From: Octopus bimaculoides
Taxonomy: Eukaryota
Direction of reading: 5' to 3'
Assembly (NCBI RefSeq): GCF_001194135.2
Contig: NC_068981.1
Coordinates: forward strand, 141,327,071 to 141,391,070
Length of the DNA stretch: 64,000 nt
Every line of letters begins with the position of its first letter. The first letter of the stretch is position 1. The notes below the pieces were generated by a model, which worked only from the letters and a program-made list of their open reading frames with translations, searched no databases and was not told where the DNA came from. Shown here piece by piece: positions 38,339 to 52,590 of this stretch. Made by a program: the position numbers and the translations under genes.

Positions 38339-40254
38339 ACGCACATAAACATATAGTCTATGTGCAAGTTTGCTTTCTTACAGATCTTGTGTGTGTCTGT
38401 GTGTATTCCTCATGTATATGTCATTGTTTTCGCGTCCCTGAAATGATTACACATTTTTCCTGTACTACTCAAATCGGTTGCACAGCTCAGTGTATCTCTT
38501 ATAATACACACGAAGCACAATCTTTAAGTTGGATACGAGCGGCGTAAAGTTATCTTTGGTTCACCATGGAAGATTATTTCCTCGATTTTAGACTAATTTA
38601 CGTACCCGTTACGCAGTTGATCCTCACGAAAGAGCATAACGTTTTCTTCCTGCCCCATAGAAACTGCTATACATGGTTAATGATTCTACTTGAATGTCGA
38701 AATTGCTACTTATTCATGTCTGTGTAAATACATTCTCGTTCTGGTGTGCCCAAGAAATGGCTATTTGCACTAAGCCTTCCTGTTTGCAGCATTGGAATCG
38801 GTGTTAACTGCAATATCATCTCTTAATGGGATAGAAGTAGCATGTGGTTATTTATAGATAGCTGATAATAGGAGTGATATCTTCCATACTGTTTTAGCTC
38901 AACCAACACTCTGTATCACAGTGTAGTGACTTGCAGACATCCTTAACTGGCGTTTATTTCGTATTCAGGACACCAAAAGCCGATCCTTCTAGGCGAGAGT
39001 CTGATGTAATGCATCTACCAAAGATCTCGTAGTGGCGACTGTTAGTGTCAGTGTCGCTAGCATTCTCTAGGGTGTGAGATATCTTATGTATGTACATATA
39101 TGTGCATATACATATGAATATATATACATGAGCATATATAAAGATACTTCTATTGTATGTACACTCGCGCCTAATATTTATACACGCTTGCTAACAGTAG
39201 TTGTGTTCTATTTGGTCCATGTTCTATTCAAGAAAAAATAAATAGTGTATTATCGGATCCCAGGTTTTCTGGAACAGTAAATTTTTAGTGCGTATTTGAC
39301 AATGGTGTCGAATCTGTTTATAACTCTTTCAAATGAGGTATATTCGATTATAGTAAGCAATACTCATTACAATACATATGGATAATCACAGTTCAGAATC
39401 AATTAGATACATTTAAGCAAGTTCTCTTGTATCCTGTTTCTGAAGCTGAATACATAAAATGTGTTTGCAAAACAAGCCCGACTTCTAACAGTGTCTGTTG
39501 CTTTGGCTTAACTCTGTTTTAGAGGTATTAAACAGCATAGACACGGAGTATTAACTGCCTCCATAAAACGAAGCAAAACGAAAATATTTAAAAATTTGTA
39601 TTGTTTGTTCTTAAGCATAAAACATATTAATGAATATACAAATTACAATCGATTACTATTGTATATGAAATACGTTTGCACATCAAATTTTCTCAAAATC
39701 TGAAGGAACATAATGACAATTAGACACAAAATATTCTGGAGAATAAAAATTAGCGATACATTTTTTTATGGTTTTCTATCTTCTTCGCTGTCTGAAATAT
39801 CGCTAACACAGCTATAGAGCAAATTATTCTTTTTGTACATAAACAGATGCACATTCACTGAAAGATATAGATGCACTCACACAGACATGAACAATGTACA
39901 AAACTAGAAGAAAAAAAAAACACGTCATTTTATGAAAAATGTTTGTCATTATTATATTCATTTTCCATATTGTATCTAACAAGGACCCAAAAAGAATTCC
40001 TTGAAGCCACTGTTGATAATAATCACCAGATATGTTCAGTGATCCATCACTTCTACGTCAGGCAGATATTTGGATCTAATTGTTACTATCTCTTTCCCCA
40101 TTGTTGCTCGGTAATTTCGTATATTACAATAAATTTGTTACTAGTGGAAATTGACGTGTTATTAACCGAATATCCAGTATACAGTATCATTCTTGTTTCT
40201 AACCACATACATGCACTTCAAATTGTCCTGTATGCATTAATATATATCTCAACG

Positions 40255-40285
<31 letters not shown>

Positions 40286-40493
40286 CAAGCNNNNNNNNNN
40301 AGCACATATGCATGCATGATGGGTGTTGGCAAGTATGTAAGCGTCATGTATGTAAGTGTGTGTGTTTGTGAGTATTGTTATTTGCCCATTGATGTGTGTG
40401 TATGTGAAGTGAGAGAGGAGTAAAAGGAAAAATTAGATACATATGTATAAATGGTATTGTATTTTGGTATACATAGGTGTGCATGCGTGTGTG

Positions 40494-40540
<47 letters not shown>

Positions 40541-40590
40541 NNNNNNNNNNNNNNNNNNNNNNNNNNNNNNNNNNNNNNNNNNNNNNNNNN

Positions 40591-40625
<35 letters not shown>

Positions 40626-42254
40626 AATGAAAGAGAGCTGCGAATGAGATTTAAACTAAAACTAATAACTGCACGACAGAATTTCCTCTCCAGCTTCCAA
40701 ATTCTTTTTCTTTAACATGGTCTGTGTCTCTCTATGTATCTCTGCTTCATACCTACTCGTCCCCCATCTCTCCCTCACAACTCACTCCTCATCGGTTCAC
40801 ATTCACATATATCTCTCATTTTCTTTCCCTCTTTCTGGTTGACATTCTTTTTTTCTCAATTCATTTATTTATTCATTTCTTCCGCTTTCAGAAAATATCA
40901 TTCCTATTCGAAAGCCAACGGTTTGTAAACTGAATAAGCAGCAGCCACCATATTAACTCCGGCAGAAGTAGAAGGGTGGAGGTGATAGTGGAGGCTGATT
41001 TAGTTTCGACGTAATAGTATAGATGCTGTGATGCATTTTGTCCCGAACAAGAATTAATGGTGCAAGAATAATACGGCCAGTGCAACTAATCACTCACAAT
41101 GTAGTAAAATTCCATGCAAGTGCTTACATTATCATCTAGGTCTATGATTCTCAAGGAATCTAGCATTTCTAAATATTTTCTAGACCTCCCCAGTATTCTA
41201 TGATAATATCACTCACATATGGCATTATTTCTACATGTCTATTCGTTCCACTTCCTCTTGACTACTTAGGATTGATGCATTCTCGTTAAGGTTTTTCGAT
41301 TATTCAGGCATTTCTCGTTTCAATAACTTTTATGAATTTATAACTCACCTCCACCCCATCTCTCATTTGACGGCGCTAGACAATACAATATGTTCCTTCC
41401 ATCGTAATCAATGAGATTTGTATGAATACAAATATAAATATTTCAGATAAAATATGTTCTTCCACACAGCCACCTTCACTGCCCACTTCCATGAAGCCTA
41501 ATATTATCATATACGTCTGAGGCTCTTATTATTAGAGATTTCATATCTGGCTGCGAATATTTGTCTCAAATCAATTCAACATAAATTTATGTGCGTCTAT
41601 AAATACTCTGACCACATACTAAATATGAGTATAATGAAATTCTTAAGAACATCTTATGTATGAATATATATATATATATATTCAGAAATACTTACACGTA
41701 GGAATAGAAAGAAATACTTATTTTAATTCTTTATATCATTAGTATCATTATTATTTTAGTTGTTTTTGTTGATTGATTAGGTTAGCATCGTCGCAAAACC
41801 ATTTGGTCCTATGACAAATTTCGTAGAGGAAATTATTTTGAGATTTTAGCTTATGCCATCAAATCCTGAAAAGAGCAAATTGGCCTTTCATCAGTTCAAG
41901 GTTAATAAAATATAATTCAGTCAATTACTGGAGTCAATGGGGTCAATGGTTATGGTTAGTCTGCTCCTGCACGGATGATTGAAAAAAGTAAAAAGATGAA
42001 AAAGAATTATTATTATTGTTGTTATTATTTTCTCTTTATCACAGGTTTTGTTGGAGCTCCTGGAATCTTACATGCGTAGCGGGCTTGCTACCTGAAGCTT
42101 AAGGTACCGTGCTATCCATTATTTTCAACTATCTAATATTTTCCAAATTATTCTGGTAGCGCCAAGGCGGCAAAGCTTTTGTAAGAATTCTGCTGGGTAC
42201 TCTATTTCAATTTCCTTTATATTCCCATTGATGCTCTGGGCACTTAATTCCAAT

Positions 42255-42292
42255 TATTATCATTATTATCATTATCATTATTATCATCATCA

Positions 42293-42357
<65 letters not shown>

Positions 42358-42375
42358 GTTGTTGTTGTTGTTGCT
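42255..42375. repeat. (TTA/TCA)n plus (TTG)n repeat
   Basis: Direct. Confidence 0.95.
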
Positions 42376-42539
42376 GTTGGGTTCTGGATGTGTTTCGTTT
42401 CGACTCGGGAACAATTAATTGTCTTTGTCTGAAATGTGAAGGCATTTCATTAAATAAGGTACCATTCTTGACTCTGTGTGGACTTTGGGGTACAAAATGT
42501 AGCTTCTCCCACCTCATCATGTTTTGTGTAAAAAGTTGT

Positions 42540-42660
42540 GAGCTGCTAGAATCGTCACCGATTAGCGGCATTTCCTCCGTTCTCAGGTTCTGAGTTCAAA
42601 TTCCGCCGATGTCGACGTTGCCTTTCATTATTTCGGTGCCAATAAAATGAGTCCCAATTG
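42540..42660 (+). mobile_element. SINE family B, partial
   Basis: GAGCTGCTAGAATCG...GTTCTGAGTTCAAATTCCGCCGATGTCGAC. Confidence 0.75.
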
Positions 42661-42944
42661 CTCAATAAAATACATGCCATCGACATACACTTTCAAATTT
42701 CAGTTATTATTATTGTTGTTGCTATTGTTTTCGTCCATGATGATTTTCTTGTTCTTGTTGTTATAAATGTATTTTAGAATATCTAAATAGATAAGACTTG
42801 CAAACAAAATATAACGTAGAAATTCACACACACGGCTGCTGTTTTCTTCCTCACTAAACGGGCCTCTGGAGAAATATGCAATGTCTATATATACGCATGT
42901 GCTTGTGTGTTTGTGTATGTGTGTGTGGGTGTGCACGCGCATAT

Positions 42945-42966
42945 CTATTATCTATCTATCTTTCTT

Positions 42967-43013
<47 letters not shown>

Positions 43014-43020
43014 CTCTATC

Positions 43021-43091
<71 letters not shown>

Positions 43092-43120
43092 ACATACATA
43101 CATACATACATACATACATA
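42945..43120. repeat. (TCTA)n plus (CATA)n repeat
   Basis: Direct. Confidence 0.97.
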
Positions 43121-44582
43121 GGTGCATATATATTATTTGTAAATAGATATACTAGTCAATCAAATTCTAGCACTTTCTTGTTTTCTCCTTTCTCAGTAAC
43201 TTTTACAGATTTCAAGTACTCACAAGTTTTTATAATAACATTCAAGTAACAATGTATGTTGTATCGTATTATTTATCTATATACACTTTCAATGTTACAA
43301 CACTTCTTAAGTGAACATTCTTTAAAATCAATTCAATTCTTAGTTATATTATATTGTTAATTTACATCGGGTTCGAAATTCTGAATAACATTGTTTTCTT
43401 TTACTCTTGTTCGACAACTTTCATGTTTTATCTCGACATCGTGGTGGTTGGTCGCAAAGCGACAGCAACCATCTGGTTGGTGGTGTTGTGCAATTAATTG
43501 GAAAATTCGAAAATTATAGATAATATAAGAACGTTTTTCGGGATAGAATTAAATTCAAATTCAGTTCAATATATCATTATTTATATTATTGTATTTCCAA
43601 ACGCGTTTAAAATTTTGGACGATATTTCTTTTCCTTCTCTTCTGGCTTCACATGAGGCATATATTTTATAAAATTCAAATACTAAAGCCAAGCGTTAGAG
43701 ATTGTTACAAAGAATAAAAACTCATTAAGAAAAAAAAGGTAAATACCGAAATTACAAAAATCGTATTATGCTGGAAATTGAATCATTAACAAAAACATTT
43801 ACATAAATATGCGCGCGTGTGAATGTGTATGTGGGTGCGTGTGTATGCATGTGTGAGTGAGTATATATATATATATATATATATATATNNNNNNNNNNNN
43901 NNNNNNNNNNNNNNNNNNNNNNNNNNNNNNNNNNNNNNNNNNNNNNNNNNNNNNNNNNNNNNNNNNNNNNNNNNNNNNNNNNNNNNNNNNNNNNNNNNNN
44001 NNNNNNNNNNNNNNNNNNNNNNNNNNNNNNNNNNNNNNNNNNNNNNNNNNNNNNNNNNNNNNNNNNNNNNNNNNNNNNNNNNNNNNNNNNNNNNNNNNNN
44101 NNNNNNNNNNNNNNNNNNNNNNNNNNNNNNNNNNNNNNNNNNNNNNNNNNNNNNNNNNNNNNNNNNNNNNNNNNNNNNNNNNNNNNNNNNNNNNNNNNNN
44201 NNNNNNNNNNNNNNNNNNNNNNNNNNNNNNNNNNNNNNNNNNNNNNNNNNNNNNNNNNNNNNNNNNNNNNNNNNNNNNNNNNNNNNNNNNNNNNNNNNNN
44301 NNNNNNNNNNNNNNNNNNNNNNNNNNNNNNNNNNNNNNNNNNNNNNNNNNNNNNNNNNNNNNNNNNNNNNNNNNNNNNNNNNNNNNNNNNNNNNNNNNNN
44401 NNNNNNNNNNNNNNNNNNNNNNNNNNNNNNNNNNNNNNNNNNNNNNNNNNNNNNNNNNNNNNNNNNNNNNNNNNNNNNNNNNNNNNNNNNNNNNNNNNNN
44501 NNNNNNNNNNNNNNNNNNNNNNNNNNNNNNNNNNNNNNNNNNNNNNNNNNNNNNNNNNNNNNNNNNNNNNNNNNNNNNNNNN

Positions 44583-46605
44583 TATTCACTTGGTTCAGCT
44601 TTATTTTATATTAAGTTTATCTCGGCCAGAGTTCTTTCGTCACACTCCTGTGGTCCTATGATTTCTTCTTTCTTTTTTGTGTCTCTCCTTTGTATGTGTC
44701 TTGATTTGCGCATGCGTATATCCCTGTCTGTGTCTATGTTTAGTAAGTGTGTGTGGGTGTGTGTGTGGGGGGGGAATGTGTATGGTGGCTGCGTTATCAA
44801 TATCCCCTGTTTATACACGTTAGCTTAATTTCTATTTATTTTATTCATTTGTTTTTATCTACTTACTTTTTCATTTCTTTCTTTTTTTGTATTAATTTAA
44901 TTTATTTTGTTTTTGTATATAGTTATTTAATTTCATTTATTTATCTGTGTATTGTATTATATTCATATTATTATCAATTTATGGGGATCTTATTCTGTCA
45001 TAAGTTGAGATGTGTGTGGTGGGTTGCTAGTGTTCCATTCTAATTTTCTATTCAGGCTAGGTTTATTTTCTATTATTTGTGTAGCTTCCATAATTTACTT
45101 AAGCGATACGTCTGTTCTAGATTTTAACTACTATGTTTTTGTGTGAGACCCTGTTTTCCGTCTCGGTGTGCTGGAACCGATGAAAGGAACGATGAGCTCT
45201 TCCCTTTCTTAAGTTCCTTCCAATGCACATTTACCCGCTCTAATATGCTCCATGCTCTCTCCCCTGCGTACGTCGTTGTCTTGTTACTCCACCAGCCCTC
45301 TGCATATCTTATACTATAGAACACATTCCTAACTTTACAGTTTGTTTGTGGGCTAAATCTACATGCAATACAGTTCTTATCAGTACAGGAGTTCTACTAA
45401 AATGGTAGGTTCTACCGATTAGGGATTTGATAGGTTACTTGGCCATTCTACAACCGTAATTCTTAGCTTATGTTTGTCTAGGGCCGTTCTAAAGCGGTAC
45501 GCCAGACCGCCTCTAGGGGTGGTGTCGACGAACATGACACTCAGGTATTTGTGGCTATTATACCATGAGTTGGCTTTCCCTATTTTCTCCTTACTCATTT
45601 CATGACTTGCTCCTATAGTGTGGGCAAATCCCACTCCTATCGTTACGTATGACAGTTTCAAATTTCCTCATGGCTCCTTTATATAATCTGATCCTTTCTG
45701 TATGGCTGTATCCTGAGAACTGCAGACGGTGAAAGAAGTGTATGTGTCTCTTTAACTCTGTAGTGTCACACATGCGGGACACATTTCGCATTACTCTGAC
45801 GAGGTCTGCCATCACTATATTTACTTTGGCATTGTCCGCGATCGCTGAGTTACGATGGATCAGGTATTTGGAGTCCATATGTTTGGCATAGTGTGAATGG
45901 AAGATTTGGGTTTTATTATTCAGTTTCCAGCCAGAGTTCTGTATCTAGTACTGGTAGTCTTTGGTTATGGTGTTTCGTAGAGTAGTCTATCGTGTCCTTA
46001 ATACTCTGGTGGATGGAGTTAGCTATTTGCTGGGTGCTTTCCATAGTATTAGTTTCTATTGCTATTTCAAGAGTACTGTCTTGTGGCGGTACCTTTACCA
46101 CTATGGTGATATCATCGTCATAGTTTGAGTATATGTTCATGGGTATGGAGTTCTGTGTCAGGCGTTCTTTAAGCCTCCTGCCCAACCATACCATGAAAGG
46201 TTTGGCCACTACCCCTCATTTTGGGTGTATATTTTGTTGTTAAACTTAAACGTGTGGCCTCTCAGGGTAACTCTTACACTAGCTCCTAGCGCATGTGCGA
46301 TCATTTTCTTTATTTGATATTCGTTTTCGGGGATCCGTATGTCTCTGGTCCATCCGCTCCACCTCTCTATAGAGGTCTTCTGAGCTATAGATGTAATTAT
46401 TAAGTGGGTGAGCCAACCTTTTAAGCAACTACTGGACCAGAAACGTCTAAGGTCATGTTGGTCTAGATACGATTGTCATATGTGAGTCTAAGTAGGGGGC
46501 CCAGTTCCTCTGTGTTGACATTACAGAACTCCACTTCGCACTCGCTAATCATCGCCACGGACATTGCCACCGCAAAATCCATGTCGATGGATGGGTATAG
46601 ATATA
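44583..46605 (-). mobile_element. Penelope-like element (RT, Cys-rich linker, C-terminal GIY-YIG), decayed; both ends at gaps
   Basis: LYPSID, HTFKFNNKIYTQNEG, YSNYDDDI, LPVLDTELW, SVMFVDTTPRG, CTDKNCIAC...NCKVRNVFY...YAGE and IMEATQII..PSLNRKLEW. A hammerhead remnant lies in the 3' repeat. Confidence 0.88.
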
Positions 46606-46730
46606 NNNNNNNNNNNNNNNNNNNNNNNNNNNNNNNNNNNNNNNNNNNNNNNNNNNNNNNNNNNNNNNNNNNNNNNNNNNNNNNNNNNNNNNNNNNNNNN
46701 NNNNNNNNNNNNNNNNNNNNNNNNNNNNNN

Positions 46731-46764
<34 letters not shown>

Positions 46765-47310
46765 TATACGTACACACACCCACTCCCACAACGTTCGCAC
46801 ACACATACACAGGGGATATATCAGACTTACTGTACTCACCAGATATTCTTCATTCAGAGGGAAATCGATAGTTTATAAATTATGTAATGACTTTAGAATC
46901 TTTAAGTCATTTGTTTCGTATACCATTTTGTTATCACACGTCAGTGATAATCTTTTATCTGCCATTGATTTCGTGAGATATTTATGGAGGTATACAATCC
47001 TCAAAACGGCTGACGAGAATAAAAACATTGTGTGAAGGTTTATTAGATATGTGTGATGATTCATATGGTGAGATGTTATTTGTCATCACTCTTTGATCTA
47101 ATCATATATATTATTGGCCAAGATAAAGTTTTTTGCTTCTTGTATGCATTTCATGCACGAAGTAAGCAAGTAATCATACACGATCACAAATGGGCATATA
47201 TGCTTTCGTTACAACACGTCCAACTTACACCTACATGTTTATATTGGCTTTCTGAGAAGTTCACACATCGTATGTTACGCCATTTGTTCGTGGAAATGTA
47301 TTATTTACAG

Positions 47311-47420
47311 TATATGCGTCGGAATCATCAAAATTACCTCGGGCCTTTTGTCGTTTGGCTGAAGATGCAAAGAAATCTGTTGAGTGGTGGCGGGGCTGCC
47401 AAAACGATTCTGCTTTCCAT
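47311..47420 (+). CDS. candidate internal exon (110 nt)
   Basis: TATTTACAG acceptor and CAT|GTAAGG donor. Open frame ASESSKLPRAFCRLAEDAKKSVEWWRGCQNDSAFH in a GC-richer island. No homology recognised. Confidence 0.3.
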
Positions 47421-48275
47421 GTAAGGTTTGTGTTGTTATTAATAATTTCTGAAATTATATTTCACTTTTCCTGAATCAGAGATTCCTCCGAAAGTTTTAT
47501 GATATTTCTATCATTTTAAAGTAGTATTAATCATATCGCTCCAGTTCAATATAACAACAATAACCTCAAAATAAATTTGCCAGAAAGAGTTGAATGTCTG
47601 GATGTACAATTATCATATATTGGTCGGTTAGTGTACTGAAATAAAGCAAAATATCATTCTATTGATAGGATAAAGTATGATTTTATTTTCCTTGTAATAC
47701 GTGCTGAATGGCTAAAAATACATGCCATATATTTCAACTTTACAGTTCAATTAGAAAGCTCGTTTAACATCAAATGGATCCTTTCATGATTACATAAACA
47801 TCACTAATCCTGATAGAATCCATCCGTCTCCACCCTTCTTGGAATTGATGGAAATTTCATGAAACCAATATAGATGAACTGGATCAAATAACGAAGTTAT
47901 ATTGCCATTAACCGCACGTTTACTATTTTTTTTGTAAGTATTTATTTTAAAATTCGAAAAGCAGAATTATATGAAGCTTCTTGAACGGAATACGTAATGT
48001 ATAAGAGAATAAAAAAGAATCGCGTATCAAAACTATTAGCAATCTACAGTATCTCATGTGAGCTTGCTCAGATCTCTTTGATCAGAGCAACTTATTGTAT
48101 AATGTATATGTTGATTTCTTTATGCCCTTGGTGACATATCCATATATCGCTTTGTCTTACACAGACACACGCACACAAACGCACATACACCCACTGACAC
48201 ATATACACACAAACACGCACATAAACATACAAATATATATCGGATATACATAATACACTTATATATCAGATATAC

Positions 48276-48313
<38 letters not shown>

Positions 48314-48346
48314 ATATATGTGTGTGTATGTGTGAGAGAGAGAGCG

Positions 48347-48392
<46 letters not shown>

Positions 48393-49201
48393 TGTACATT
48401 TATTCAGTGAGTTCTAAACATAAGCTTGCTTTTCTGTACTCTTTCATTTCCAATATCTTTTGCCTGCATAGTATTGTATTTTGTTATTTCTACTTATTGT
48501 TAGAGATATATTGGATAATTATTGCGTGGTTGCATTCATTTTATTATCTTTGTTTATATTCACCTTTACTTATTCCCTATTTTCAGTATTTTGAAGCTTC
48601 ATTTATTCACTCTTTACCTTACCCTATAGTCAATATTATTGACCCATCTCTATTCTTTATATGTAATTCCATTTCCTCTGTAGTTCTTTCTCTATCATAT
48701 ATAATTCCCAAAATTGAGTATAGAAAGGAAATACATACTTTTGGTTTTGTCAGATATTTATTCGACTGCAAATACAACTACTGTAAACTAATTGAGGTTA
48801 TGATTAGTATTAGGTAGCATATGTGATATCTATAATGACATTAATAACTCATAATTAAATGTTCTTTCGCCTTGTATAACTATTATTACGCTCATATTAA
48901 TTGTTTAAATATATTATTATTAGCGTGAAATTATATTATTAGTGAGAAATTTGTCCAGGGAAATATAGAGATACACATATAGATAAATCAATAACTAATT
49001 AATTCAATTTTCAACTTAAATACTTGAAAGTGATATTATATATCAAGAATATTTTGATAAACCATTGATAAATATGATTCTAGTTTAAATTACGCTGCTG
49101 TTCTCAATCGTAGTTCCCTATGATGAAAAAGTATTACATTCTTGCTAGATGCTGCATCAACTCCGTCGTCGTGGAACGAGTTATCTTGTTTGTAGTGGAG
49201 G

Positions 49202-49418
49202 TGCGAAGGGGTGTTAAAAAGTTCCTGGCTTCGGATAAAAGAAAATGCAGAAAGAGTAGTTATGATTTCATTTAAAATATTTCTCTCTCAGAGTCACACG
49301 CTTATTGCAGCTGTCCTTCAGTTTTTCCAAGCCCTGGAAAAGAACGCGGGAGGTTGGGCCTAAAACCGGGCCTTTTGCGATACCTTTAATGCCAGAAACT
49401 TGTCAGTGCCCCGTCGTA
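49202..49418. mobile_element. mariner-type MITE (about 217 bp)
   Basis: Imperfect 30-bp TIRs TGCGAAGGGGTGTTAAAAAGTTCCTGGCTT and AATGCCAGAAACTTGTCAGTGCCCCGTCGTA, with a TACGAGGG-like terminus. Confidence 0.7.
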
Positions 49419-49870
49419 ACTGCATACTATGCATACTGATGAGTCAGTCACTATCCTGATATATGTTCAGCTCTTCATTATGCTCCTCAAAACATATGAA
49501 CATCTTTAGAGTGACATCTTTCGATTTTTCCTATAAAGTTCCGAAATTTACTGTGCCCATGCTCATGGTGGTAGTTTGCACTGGTTTTCTTCCCATGGGA
49601 ATTTTCATTGCGATTGAAATATAAGTATTGCACTGATTTTCGGTCAAAGGGAAAGTTATCTGCCATGGAAACAGAACAAGAAATACTTTCAGTATGTGAC
49701 TAAGGGAGGTTTCTAACAGTCTAAACTTAACATAAATCTCAATCTACTAAGTTCCTTTTTACATGCATACATACATACATACATATATACATACACACAT
49801 ACCTACATACATACACACAAACATATATATATATATATACATACATACACACACAACTATATATAGTCAC

Positions 49871-49902
<32 letters not shown>

Positions 49903-49960
49903 NNNNNNNNNNNNNNNNNNNNNNNNNNNNNNNNNNNNNNNNNNNNNNNNNNNNNNNNNN

Positions 49961-50006
<46 letters not shown>

Positions 50007-51589
50007 TGTGAATACATATGTAGAGGGAAACAATGGAAAGTGACATCCGTCAAGAGAAGAGGCAGCCGTGTTTTAATGCTTCTGATGAAAGTATTACAAA
50101 TCACAATGATTCACAAGCATATAATTGACTGAATAATTTTCAAGTATATTTCCCTTTTGAAGGTAAATTCTATTTTTTTCTATAAATATAAAATATCTTA
50201 AAGGAAAATGCTTCCATATTGACACGCAAATAATTCACTGTTTATTTGTACACAGATACAATGTAAGAGTCTTCTTCGATTTCTTGCGCAAGCGAACGGC
50301 AAATGTTCACTAATATTCTCACGCAAATATTTACTTGAAACATTACACGAAACTATGTGACCAACAAACAAAACCTTTTGTTAATTACCTGTTATAGATA
50401 AATATTTAGGATGACATCTTACTGTTTCCAATAGTACTGGACTATTTTGAAACCCCACCCCCAAGAAATTATCAAAACTACAGGTCGGAATATTATAAAA
50501 CAGGGATAATAATTAATCACGGTTTCTACATCAAAGCCTATTTCTTTGTTGGGTGTTAGACAATACCACTGTCCCAGTACTTAGCTGCTACTTTATTTTA
50601 TAGATCTCGTAGGAATGAAATCTATTTAAATATAAAATTCCATCCGCCATTTTACATTTAATGATCAGTGCAGAAATTCGATACATTAGTCAGTGTTTGT
50701 CTCTGTCTTACTGATGCAGGAGACACAAATGTGCTACGTTTCAGTAATCGAACAGTAAGGCAAATAAATAATAAAATAAATCGGATCTGAAGATCTCTCT
50801 AAAACCCTCCATTCAATATTGTTTTGCTTGTTACAGTCCTGCGGTATTACCAACACGACACTACCACCTTTACCTAGCGCTTACATTTGAGAGTCCATCG
50901 TTCAAATACTGGTACAACGCATTTTCTCTACTCCTCAGTTACAACAACTATTCCTACGGCAACCGGGCTTATATGACTACCACCATCAGTTTGAATGTCA
51001 TCATCGTTATCATAATCTACTACTTCTACTGCCACTACTACCACTATTTCCATCAATAACAAGAAATCAAACTTTTCTTCTTCTTCCTCGTCTCAATTCA
51101 ACAATACCTCCACCAAATCTAGCGTCCTTCTACATTCAACAATTTCTGATATCTAAATATTCTCAAAAAAAAAAAAAGAAAAAACACCGCAAAGAGATCG
51201 ACTTAGACACGTCTATAAACACACAGCTACTCCAACTCTAACCACACAAACAGAATAATATTTCCGAATCTTCAGCTATTCTGTACGCAAAAGTACATGC
51301 TTACTTCGTCTATCTCTCAGACACTAGACTAACACTACTGACCAGTATTTTAGTACATATCAACAATAGCATTTTACGTATAGCAATGTGGATTAAGGAT
51401 TCGACTGTCGATCACCCAAACCCAACGGATCTGTTTTCTAACGGCTATTGCGAATCGGTGTCCATACGCATTAAAACCAATGACCTACCTATATGGAAGC
51501 TCTACTGATCACTTCGAGGACCACTAATCTGAATTTTAGCGTGTCTCCCAAATTATTGCCTTTATCACTCGCAATACAACTCCGAACAC

Positions 51590-51880
51590 ATCTTAATAAT
51601 AGTTTTCGCGCTCCCTCTGAGTGCTTAACACAGTTTCATGGCTTCTAAATGGTTTGAGATAGTGGTACAACTCTGGTTTCATTTATGTTGATTTCATAAT
51701 GTTTTCCAAAAAATCGATCACAGCATTCTGGACAATAATGGACAACATCGACGTCCATGGGAAAATGTTGCAATGAATTAAATGCTTCCTGACAAAATGA
51801 AACCAACATTTTGTGATGGGAGAAACATATTCAAGAGTATAAAAGGTCATTTGTGTGCTCCTATGTGGCATACTAATGAC
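51590..51880 (+). mobile_element. CR1/L2-type LINE RT fragment
   Basis: SFRAPSECLTQ, IYVDF...DHSIL and GKMLQ*IKCFLTK*NQHFV resemble HGFRxGRSCLTQ, IYLDFxKAFDKVDH and WIxxFLTxRxQ. Confidence 0.65.
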
Positions 51881-52206
51881 TAATAATAAATACAAATGGC
51901 ATTGCAAATATAAGGAAATATATTAAAATAAATTACTCCAATCTCTAGAAAAATCAAGTATACGATCGAAAAGACTCTCAATCCGATCTATAAGCGCTTA
52001 TAATGTGGACGAGAAAATTTAAATAAAATTTTATTAAATGAAGAAAATGTTCAACTCACCCGCTATGGAAAAGAGAATACGCGTGAACAACAATTTTCTC
52101 TTTAGTTGAGAATTTTCACATAATGTCAAACGATATCGATGTCTTCAATGTAACTGTGGGTCAGGAACACAAGCTGGAACGCGTAAATCAACTATAAAGT
52201 CGGTAT

Positions 52207-52590
52207 CGCGGCACTCCGTCGCTTACGACGTCGAGGGTTCCAGTTGATCCGATCAATGGAACAGCGTGCTCGTGAAAATTAACGTGCAAGTGGCTCAGCA
52301 CTTCACAGACACGTGTACACTTAACGTAGTTCTCGAGGAGGTTCAGCGCGACACAGGCTGTGACAAGGTTGGCCCTTTGAAATACAGGTACAACGGAAAC
52401 AGGAAGAAAGAGTGAGAGAAATTTGTGGTGAAAGAGTACAGCAGGGTTCGCCACCACCTCCTGCCGGACCCTCTTGGAGCTTTAGGTGTTTCCGCTCAAT
52501 AAACACTTACAATGCCTGGTCTGGGAATCGAAACCGCGATCGTATGACCGCGAGTCCACTGCCCTAACCATTTGGCCATTGCGCCTCCAC
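52207..52590 (-). mobile_element. SINE family C with 13-bp TSD
   Basis: Colinear with 35019-35395. TSD ATAAAGTCGGTAT at 52194-52206 and 52591-52603. Confidence 0.9.

Noticed and set aside
45330-45400. Possible selenocysteine-encoding PLE linker
   Set aside because: The linker Cys codons are TGT; there is no in-frame TGA in this copy.
49436-49450. CTGATGAGTC hammerhead-like start
   Set aside because: No downstream GAAA or closing stems.
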